NCBI GenBank assembly: GCA_963761335.1
Contig: CAVXGR010000020.1
Span: forward strand, 1 to 12,960
Direction of reading: 5' to 3'
Source: an uncultured delta proteobacterium
Lineage (GTDB): Bacteria > Desulfobacterota > Binatia > HRBIN30 > BPIQ01
DNA length: 12,960 nucleotides
A model generated the notes under the pieces. The model was not told where the DNA came from, ran no database searches, and saw nothing but the letters and a program-made list of their open reading frames with translations. This document shows, piece by piece, positions 1-6,504 of the stretch. The translations under genes and the position numbers were made by a program. The stretch's first letter is position 1; every line of letters begins with the position of its first letter.

Positions 1-141
1 GGCGGCGGAAGGGAATGAAGCTGTGGGCTCAGCGCCGACTGCCACTCCGCGCAGGAGCGTGTCTCAGCCCGGACTTGCCTGCTTACCGCCCCCACTATAC
101 ACCCCCCTTGGGACCGCCCGAGTGAACCGAGAGCCGGCAGA

Positions 142-2298
142 GTGAACCATAGCGAGATCGTCAGCTTTCTCTGGGGCGTCGCGGACCTCATCCGCGATAC
201 CTTCAAGCGGGGCAAGTACCAGGACGTGATTCTTCCGCTGACGGTCCTGCGTCGGCTCGACTGCGTCCTGGCGCCGACGAAGGACAAGGTGCTGCGGCGG
301 CAGGCGGAGCTGCGCGGCAAGAAGCTCGAAAACCTCGATCCGCAGCTCCGCACGGTTTCCGGCTTCGCCTTCTACAACACGTCTCGCTACGACTTCGAAA
401 AGCTGCTCGCCGACGCGCCGCACCTGGCGCCGAACCTGCGCAACTATATCGCCGGATTCAGCCCGAACATGCGTGAGGTGCTCGAGAAGTTCGACTTCGA
501 CAACACCATCAGCAAGCTCGACGAGGCCGGGCTTCTTTTCCAGGTCCTGGAGCGCTTCAAGAAGGTCGACCTGCATCCGGACAAGATCGACAACCCCACC
601 ATGGGGACGGTCTTCGAAGAGCTGATCCGCAAGTTCAACGAAGCGCTCAACGAAAACCCCGGAGAGCACTTCACGCCGCGCGACGTGGTGCACCTGATGG
701 TGGACCTCATGCTTGCCGGCGACGCGGATCGTATCCGGAGGCACGGCGTTGTCCTGTCCGTCTACGATGCCTGCTGCGGGTCGGGTGGAATGCTGATGAT
801 CACCAAGGAGCACGTCACCGTCGGCGTTCGCAAGAACGGCGGCATCATCCGCCCAGCCATCAATCCCGGAGCCGAGATCCATCTCTTCGGCCAGGAAGTG
901 AACCCCGAGACGTGGGCCGTCTCCAAGTCCGATCTGTTCATGAAGGATCCGACGGGTCGCGATGCCGACAACATCGCTTACGGGAGCACGCTCTCGAACG
1001 ACCGCCACGCGGGCAAGACCTTCGACTACCTCATTGCCAATCCGCCCTACGGCAAAGACTGGAAGCGCGACGAAGACGCCGTGAAGGCCGAGCACGAGTG
1101 CGGCACGGCGGGGCGCTTCGCGTCGGCGCTGCCGCGGATCAGCGATGGCCAGCTCCTCTTCCTGCTCCATATGCTGGCGCACGCCAAGGACGCGGAGGAA
1201 GGGGGCTCGCGGATCGCGATCATCATGAACGGCTCGCCGCTGTTCACCGGCGATGCCGGCAGCGGCGAGAGCGAGATCCGGCGCTTCATCTTCGAGAACG
1301 ACCTGCTCGAAGCACTCATCGCCCTCCCGGAGCAGCTCTTCTACAACACGGGAATCGCGACGTACGTCTGGGTCGTGACCAACCGCAAGGCGCACGCCCG
1401 CCGCCGCAAGGTTCAGCTCATCGATGCTTCCCACTTCGACCAGGACACCAAGCAGGGGCTGTTCTGCGTGCTGATGCGCAAGAGCCTCGGCGACAAGCGC
1501 CGCGAGATCCCACTCGATCGCGCCCAGGGCATCCTCAAGATCCTCGCCGACTGCAGAGACGGCGACACGCGCAGGCTCGCCAAGAACGGCGCAGAAGAAG
1601 AGATCGTCGTCAGCAAGATCTTTCCGACGACCCACTTCGGCTTCCGCAAGATCACCGTCGAGCGCCCGCTCCGGCTCAACTTTCAGGCGAGCCCCGAGCG
1701 CCTTCAGCGTCTCGAAGACGAACGCGGTTTCCAGGCGCTGGCACAGTCGAAGAAGAGAGGAGCGGCCGGGGCGAAAGAGCAGGCCGAGGGCCGTGCGCTG
1801 CAGGAGGCGATCCGCAAGCTGCTCACGTCGCTCCCGGACAGGCTCTTCAAAGATCGCAGCGAGCTCGAACGCGTGCTCGACGCGGCCGCCGAGCGGGCAG
1901 AAGTCAAGCTGGCCGCGCCGGTGCGGAAGGCCATCCTCTCGGCGCTCTCCGAGCGCGACGAAACGGCGGCGATCTGCCGCGGCAAGGACGGCAGCCCCGA
2001 GCCCGATCCCGAGCTGCGCGACACCGAGAGCGTGCCGCTGTCGGAAAGCGTCGAAGCGTTCTTCGATCGCGAGGTCAAACCCCACGTCCCCGATGCGTGG
2101 ATCGACACGGAGAAACGCGACCCGAAGGACGGCCAGATCGGCCTCGTCGGCTACGAGATCAACTTCAATCGCTACTTCTACCGCTACAAACCACCCCGCC
2201 CGCTGGAGGAGATCGAGTCCGATATCCGCGCGATTGAGACGGACATCATGCGGATGCTCGCCGAGGTGACGGGGTCCGAGCCGAACGTCGGCACTTGA
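142..2298 (+). CDS. hsdM: Type I restriction-modification system methyltransferase subunit (N6-adenine), 718 aa
   Basis: GTG start. HsdM N-terminus (FLWGVADLIRD..YQDVILPLTVLRRLD), GEHFTPRDVV, SAM-binding motif I YDACCGSGGML, FGQE, catalytic NPPY, LPEQLFYNTGI and C-terminal GYEINFNRYFY. Confidence 0.97.
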   Translation: MNHSEIVSFLWGVADLIRDTFKRGKYQDVILPLTVLRRLDCVLAPTKDKVLRRQAELRGKKLENLDPQLRTVSGFAFYNTSRYDFEKLLADAPHLAPNLRNYIAGFSPNMREVLEKFDFDNTISKLDEAGLLFQVLERFKKVDLHPDKIDNPTMGTVFEELIRKFNEALNENPGEHFTPRDVVHLMVDLMLAGDADRIRRHGVVLSVYDACCGSGGMLMITKEHVTVGVRKNGGIIRPAINPGAEIHLFGQEVNPETWAVSKSDLFMKDPTGRDADNIAYGSTLSNDRHAGKTFDYLIANPPYGKDWKRDEDAVKAEHECGTAGRFASALPRISDGQLLFLLHMLAHAKDAEEGGSRIAIIMNGSPLFTGDAGSGESEIRRFIFENDLLEALIALPEQLFYNTGIATYVWVVTNRKAHARRRKVQLIDASHFDQDTKQGLFCVLMRKSLGDKRREIPLDRAQGILKILADCRDGDTRRLAKNGAEEEIVVSKIFPTTHFGFRKITVERPLRLNFQASPERLQRLEDERGFQALAQSKKRGAAGAKEQAEGRALQEAIRKLLTSLPDRLFKDRSELERVLDAAAERAEVKLAAPVRKAILSALSERDETAAICRGKDGSPEPDPELRDTESVPLSESVEAFFDREVKPHVPDAWIDTEKRDPKDGQIGLVGYEINFNRYFYRYKPPRPLEEIESDIRAIETDIMRMLAEVTGSEPNVGT

Positions 2299-2331
2299 CC
2301 GTAACTGCCGACACCTGCCACGCGTGCCGGG

Positions 2332-2360
2332 TTGCCGAACTGATCCAGCCGTGTCACAAT
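2332..2360 (+). promoter_or_regulatory. Putative sigma70 promoter for abiEi-abiEii-hsdS
   Basis: TTGCCG (2332-2337), 17-bp spacer, CACAAT (2355-2360) preceded by TGn (extended -10). It overlaps the left arm of the inverted repeat below. Confidence 0.5.
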
Positions 2361-2399
2361 ACATCGGTATTTGTTCTCAGTCATCGAGGCTTTGTGACA
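2352..2399. promoter_or_regulatory. Imperfect 22-bp inverted repeat, putative AbiEi autorepression operator
   Basis: Perfect outer arms TGTCACAA (2352-2359) and TTGTGACA (2392-2399). 15/22 positions match over 2352-2373 vs 2378-2399, with a 4-bp spacer. It lies directly before abiEi, and AbiEi proteins are known to bind long inverted repeats in their own promoters. Confidence 0.7.
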
Positions 2400-2999
2400 G
2401 TGCCGACCCCAACAGACCGAGCCATTCGCGTCCTGCGTGAAGCTGGCGTCGCCCGTACCCGCGACCTCGAGCGCCGCGGAGTGTCGCGCACCCAGCTCCG
2501 CCGGCTCTGCGAACGCGGCCAGCTCGAGCGGGTCGGACGGGGCCTGTACATTCTTGCCGGAGCAGTCCTGACCGAGAAGCACAGCCTCGCCCAGGCCTGT
2601 CGCCGCGTGCCGGGAGGCGTGGTGTGTCTGCTCTCTGCGCTGCGCTTCCACGAGCTCACCACACAGAATCCGTTCGAGGTGTGGATGGCGATCGAGCAGA
2701 AGGCGTGGCGCCCGCGACCGGGGAACCCACGACTCCGACTCGTCCACCTCTCTGGCCGCGCCTTTCACGAAGGGGTGGAGGAGCACGACGTGGGCGGCGT
2801 CCCGGTGCGTGTCTTCAGCGCGGCAAAGACGGTCGCCGACTGCTTCAAGTTTCGCAACAAGATCGGCATCGACGTGGCGGTTGAGGCGCTCCGCGATTTC
2901 TCCCGGCGCCATCGAGGTGGGACCAACGAGCTCGCGCGATTCGCCAAGATTTGCCGGGTGCAACGCGTGATGCAACCCTACCTGGACTCGATCTCATGA
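2400..2999 (+). CDS. abiEi: Type IV toxin-antitoxin antitoxin, AbiEi family (N-terminal wHTH), ~199 aa
   Basis: Motifs G.LERVGRGLY, GVVCLLSALRFHELTTQNPFEVWMAI and VFSAAKTVADCFKFRNKIGIDVAVEAL. Start is probably GTG 2400 (GAGG at 2386-2389); GTG 2394 is an alternative. The ORF-track start at 2295 would run through the promoter. The stop overlaps the abiEii start (ATGA). Confidence 0.9.
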   Translation: MPTPTDRAIRVLREAGVARTRDLERRGVSRTQLRRLCERGQLERVGRGLYILAGAVLTEKHSLAQACRRVPGGVVCLLSALRFHELTTQNPFEVWMAIEQKAWRPRPGNPRLRLVHLSGRAFHEGVEEHDVGGVPVRVFSAAKTVADCFKFRNKIGIDVAVEALRDFSRRHRGGTNELARFAKICRVQRVMQPYLDSIS

Positions 3000-3913
3000 G
3001 CCCCAGGCCGATCCAGAACCTGCCGGCATCGGTGCTGGCCCGCCTGCGTGATCGCGCCCGGCAGACCGCTGAGGACTATCAAGTCATCCTCGGCGCTTTC
3101 GTCTGCGAGCGGTTTCTCTATCGACTCGGAGTCTCGGACGCCGCCGACCGCTTCGTGCTCAAGGGCGCGATGCTCCTCCGCCTCTGGGAGCCTCGGCCGT
3201 ACCGCGCGACGCGCGACCTCGACCTGATGCGGAGCGAGATCGGCGCTCCCGAAGCGATCCGGGCGGACATCGAGGCAATCTGCCGCGTCGATGTAGCCCC
3301 GGATGGACTCGTGTTCGATCGCGCATCGATCCATCTCGAGGAGATCCGTCCGAGCGACGAGTTCGTCGGCACGCGCGTCACGCTCCTCGCCCGTTGTGGC
3401 AACGCTCGCATCAATCTCCAAGTCGATATCGGCGCGGCGGACGCGGTCTGGCCCCCGCCGGAGCGGCGTGTATATCCAGCACTCCTCGGCTTTCCCGCCC
3501 CGGCAGTCCTCGTTTACGCGCCGGCGTCTGTCGTCGCCGAGAAGCTCGAAGCGATCATTGTTCTCGGAGAGCGGAACAGCCGGATCAAGGACTTCTTCGA
3601 TCTCCAGTATCTCGCGGGACGCTTCGAGTTCGACCGCGCCACCCTCGCGGAAGCCGTCGGACGCACGCTGGCCAGACGACAGACCCCTCTTCCCGCCGAA
3701 GATCCCGTCGGCCTGAGCGCGGACTATTGGGAAGACCCATCGCGGCTGCCGCAGATTCGCGCCTTCGCACGCCGCGTCGGAATCGAGGCCGGGCCGGAAT
3801 CGTGCAAGCGGATCCTCGGGGACATCCTACCCTTCCTCCTGCCGATCCTCGACGATCTGCGGCGCGGAGTACGCACGGCGGGAAAGTGGACGCCGGGTGG
3901 GCCGTGGCAATGA
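2996..3913 (+). CDS. abiEii: Type IV toxin, AbiEii/AbiGii-family nucleotidyltransferase, 305 aa
   Basis: ERFLYRL, FVLKGAMLL, RATRDLDL (DxD), AEKLEA and NSRIKDFFDL motifs. ATGA overlaps with both abiEi (2996-2999) and hsdS (3910-3913). Confidence 0.92.
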   Translation: MSPRPIQNLPASVLARLRDRARQTAEDYQVILGAFVCERFLYRLGVSDAADRFVLKGAMLLRLWEPRPYRATRDLDLMRSEIGAPEAIRADIEAICRVDVAPDGLVFDRASIHLEEIRPSDEFVGTRVTLLARCGNARINLQVDIGAADAVWPPPERRVYPALLGFPAPAVLVYAPASVVAEKLEAIIVLGERNSRIKDFFDLQYLAGRFEFDRATLAEAVGRTLARRQTPLPAEDPVGLSADYWEDPSRLPQIRAFARRVGIEAGPESCKRILGDILPFLLPILDDLRRGVRTAGKWTPGGPWQ

Positions 3914-5298
3914 GCCCCAAGCGTTTCGCTCAACCACGCCGCTTCAAGCCATACCCGGCTTACAAGGACTCCGGCGTCGAGTGGCTCGGGCAGATTCCGG
4001 CGCATTGGGAGGTTCGCTCACTGAAACGAACTGCGTCCATCAGGTACGGCCTTGGTGAGCCCCCGCAGCTGCTCACAGACGGTCTGCCGTTTGTCAGAGC
4101 AACGAATGTCACAAAGGGACGTATCGTCGATCACGACATGCAATTCGTTGACCCAAAGGACGTGCCCTGGAACCGCGATCCGGCCCTTAAGACGGGTGAC
4201 ATCATTGTTGTTCGAAGCGGAGCCTACACGGGAGACTCAGCCATAATCCCGCAGAACTACGATGCTGCGATTGCTGGCTACGACATGGTCGTTCGGGTGA
4301 GGCGGGGTCAGCCGCGGTTCCTCGCTTGGGCTCTGCTCAGCCGCTATGTCCTTGAGGCTCAGATCGAGCTCGAGAGCATGCGGGCAGCCCAACCGCATTT
4401 GAACGCGGAGGAACTTGGAGCCGTGGCCATTCTGCTCCCATCCGACTCGGAGCAACTCGCCATCGCGGCCTTCCTCGACCGCGAGATGGCGAGGATCGAT
4501 GCGCTGGTGGCGAAGAAGGAGCGGCTGATCGAATTGCTCCAGGAGAAGCGGACCGCCCTCATCACCCGCGCCGTCACCAAGGGCTTGCCCGCCGAAGCAG
4601 CTGCGAAGGCGGGCCTCGACCCGAACGTCCCGATGAAGGACTCCGGCGTCCAGTGGCTGGGGGAAATTCCGGCGCATTGGGAGGTCGCTACCCTGAAGCG
4701 CCGAGCAAAGAGGATTCAGACCGGCACCACACCTCCAACCGGGGAGACGCAGTACTACGAGGACGGCGTTGTTCCTTGGTATGGACCGGGCAGCTTTAGC
4801 CAGGATTTGCCACTTCAAATACCCGTCAAGTTCATCGCTGATAGCGCGGTCCGAGATGGCGTTGCACGTGTGTTCGAGGCGCAATCCGCTGTGATCATCA
4901 CGATCGGAGCAACAATCGGGAAAGTTGCTTTCATGGAGCACCCTGGGTCATGCAACCAACAGATTACGGGAGTAACCTTCGATTTGCGTCAGGTGTTCCC
5001 AAGGTACGGGGCTTACCAGCTCAAGCGCCTTGAGCCAGCACTTCGTGGAACAGCACCCAATACGACGCTCCCCATCATCGACCAAGAGGAAGTTGGCTAC
5101 CTCCCGTTCGCAGTGCCGCCTGTCCCCGAGCAACAGGCCATCGCCGCCTTCCTCGACCGTGAGACGGCCAAGATCGACGCCCTCGTCGCCAAGGTCCGCG
5201 AAGCCATCGACCGCCTCAAGGAACTGCGTACCGCCCTGATCTCCGCCGCGGTGACGGGTAAGATCGACGTACGCGGAGAAATACCCTCCGTCGCCTGA
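3910..5298 (+). CDS. hsdS: Type I restriction-modification specificity subunit with two target-recognition domains, 462 aa
   Basis: Two copies of KDSGVxWLGxIPAHWEV and two of EQxAIAAFLDRExAxIDALVAK around two variable TRDs; ends ALISAAVTGKIDVR. Real start is ATG 3910 (overlapping the abiEii stop), not the ORF-track 3394. Confidence 0.96.
   Translation: MSPKRFAQPRRFKPYPAYKDSGVEWLGQIPAHWEVRSLKRTASIRYGLGEPPQLLTDGLPFVRATNVTKGRIVDHDMQFVDPKDVPWNRDPALKTGDIIVVRSGAYTGDSAIIPQNYDAAIAGYDMVVRVRRGQPRFLAWALLSRYVLEAQIELESMRAAQPHLNAEELGAVAILLPSDSEQLAIAAFLDREMARIDALVAKKERLIELLQEKRTALITRAVTKGLPAEAAAKAGLDPNVPMKDSGVQWLGEIPAHWEVATLKRRAKRIQTGTTPPTGETQYYEDGVVPWYGPGSFSQDLPLQIPVKFIADSAVRDGVARVFEAQSAVIITIGATIGKVAFMEHPGSCNQQITGVTFDLRQVFPRYGAYQLKRLEPALRGTAPNTTLPIIDQEEVGYLPFAVPPVPEQQAIAAFLDRETAKIDALVAKVREAIDRLKELRTALISAAVTGKIDVRGEIPSVA
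3964..4685 (+). repeat. Internal direct repeat of the hsdS conserved region (3964-4013 and 4636-4685)
   Basis: 50-bp copies with 46/50 identity (aaggactccggcgtc.agtggct.ggg.a.attccggcgcattgggaggt). A second, more diverged pair lies at 4450-4515 and 5128-5193. Confidence 0.9.
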
Positions 5299-5308
5299 CG
5301 AGCAGCTC

Positions 5309-5355
5309 TTTTCGGATGCGTCCGAAAACGATAATAAGAGTTGCGGTTATTATCG
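5309..5355. promoter_or_regulatory. Two abutting perfect inverted repeats upstream of fic (putative operator/promoter)
   Basis: TTTTCGGA-tgcg-TCCGAAAA (5309-5328) is immediately followed by CGATAATAA-gagttgcgg-TTATTATCG (5329-5355). The stretch is AT-rich with -10-like hexamers GATAAT and TATTAT. Confidence 0.6.
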
Positions 5356-5370
5356 CCGGTGAAAATAGCG

Positions 5371-6504
5371 ATGAGCAAGCGTCGACCATCCGGCCGCCTT
5401 ATCCGCTGCCCCGGCGGATACAATGCCTTCGTGCCCGATCCTCTACCGCCGCCCCTGACCTGGACGGCGCCGCTTGCGAAGGCGCTCTCCGACGCCGATC
5501 GTGCCGTCGGGCGTCTCGCAGGCGAGGGGCGGCGGCTGCCCAACCCGCACCTGCTCATCCGTCCCTTCGTCAAGCGTGAAGCCGTGCTCTCCAGCCGGAT
5601 CGAAGGGACGCAAGCGACCCTCGGCGAGCTGCTGGCCGCCGAGGCCGGCGCGGCGGTCGAGCGCAGCCCAAGCGACCTACGCGAGGTCGCGAACTACGTC
5701 GCCGCTCTCGAGCACGGCGTCGCACGGCTGCGGAAGCTGCCGCTCTCGCTGCGCCTGGTCCGAGAGCTGCACGCGCGCCTCCTGAAAGGGGTGCGAGGAG
5801 AGACCGCCGACCCGGGCCACTTTCGCCGTAGCCAGAACTGGATCGGTCGTCTCGGGGCCACCCTCACTGCCGCCACCTACGTGCCACCGCCGCCCGATCG
5901 GCTGATGAAGTGCCTGGGCCCGTGGGAACAGTTCCTCCACGACACGTCGCTCCCTCCGCTCATTCAGATCGGCATGGTGCACTCGCAGTTCGAGGCCATC
6001 CACCCGTTCCTGGACGGCAATGGTCGCGTCGGCCGGTTGCTGATCACGCTCTTTCTCATCGAGCGAGAGATCCTGCCGGCCCCGTTGCTCTACCTGAGCG
6101 CTTTCTTCGAGGCGACCCGCGCCGAGTACTACGATCGCTTATTGGGGGTCACCGAGCGCGGTGAGTGGGAAGCGTGGCTGCAGTACTTTCTGATCGGCGC
6201 CGCCCGCCAGGCTGAGGACGCCGTGTCGCGGGCTCAGCGCATCAACGAGCTGTTGGTGGACTGGAGGGCCAAGATCGGACGGATCTCGTCCAAACCTGGG
6301 GTGGACATGATCGACTTGCTCGCCGAGAACCCATTCTGTACCGCCACCGGTGCCGCGCAGCGGCTGCGCATCGCCTTCACGACGGCGCAGCGGGCCATCG
6401 ATCGGTTGGAGTCGGCCGGGGTGGTGGTCCGCGCCTCGGAGGCCAAGCGCAACCGCGTCTACTGTGCGCGGGCGATCCTCGACATCCTCGAGGAGCCGGC
6501 ATGA
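5371..6504 (+). CDS. fic: Fic family protein (putative AMP transferase, class II with N-terminal inhibitory helix and C-terminal wHTH-like region), ~377 aa
   Basis: Canonical HPFLDGNGRVGR (6001-6036) and inhibitory (S/T)xxxE(G/N) motif SSRIEG (5590-5607). C-terminal ATGAAQRLRIAFTTAQRAIDRLESAG..RNRVY resembles an HTH. Start is ATG 5371, with GTG 5359 or TTG 5341 as alternatives. Confidence 0.93.
   Translation: MSKRRPSGRLIRCPGGYNAFVPDPLPPPLTWTAPLAKALSDADRAVGRLAGEGRRLPNPHLLIRPFVKREAVLSSRIEGTQATLGELLAAEAGAAVERSPSDLREVANYVAALEHGVARLRKLPLSLRLVRELHARLLKGVRGETADPGHFRRSQNWIGRLGATLTAATYVPPPPDRLMKCLGPWEQFLHDTSLPPLIQIGMVHSQFEAIHPFLDGNGRVGRLLITLFLIEREILPAPLLYLSAFFEATRAEYYDRLLGVTERGEWEAWLQYFLIGAARQAEDAVSRAQRINELLVDWRAKIGRISSKPGVDMIDLLAENPFCTATGAAQRLRIAFTTAQRAIDRLESAGVVVRASEAKRNRVYCARAILDILEEPA

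Noticed and set aside
120..148. GAGTGAACC direct repeat (120-128, 140-148) at the hsdM start, with a possible TTGCCT/TATACA promoter upstream
   Set aside because: Only two 9-bp copies, the upstream GTG is out of frame, and the promoter spacing is 15 bp with a poor -10. Too weak to call.
763..795. HsdM motif I reads DACCGSGG rather than DP.CG.GG
   Set aside because: The glycine-rich SAM-binding residues and NPPY are intact. A single substitution is not evidence of inactivation.
64..2364. 766-aa ORF antisense to hsdM
   Set aside because: Shadow ORF on the strand opposite a well-supported gene. It has no recognisable motifs and is expected from high-GC codon bias.
3394..3909. Apparent 172-aa N-terminal extension of HsdS in the ORF track
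   Set aside because: It overlaps abiEii in another frame with low-complexity sequence. ATG 3910 gives a normal HsdS start with an ATGA overlap.
4107..4116. TGTCACAAAG inside hsdS TRD1 matching one arm of the abiE operator
   Set aside because: Isolated half-site in a variable coding region with no partner arm; probably chance.
5309..5328. Hairpin after hsdS as a rho-independent terminator
   Set aside because: The T-tract precedes rather than follows the stem on both strands, and the GC core is short.
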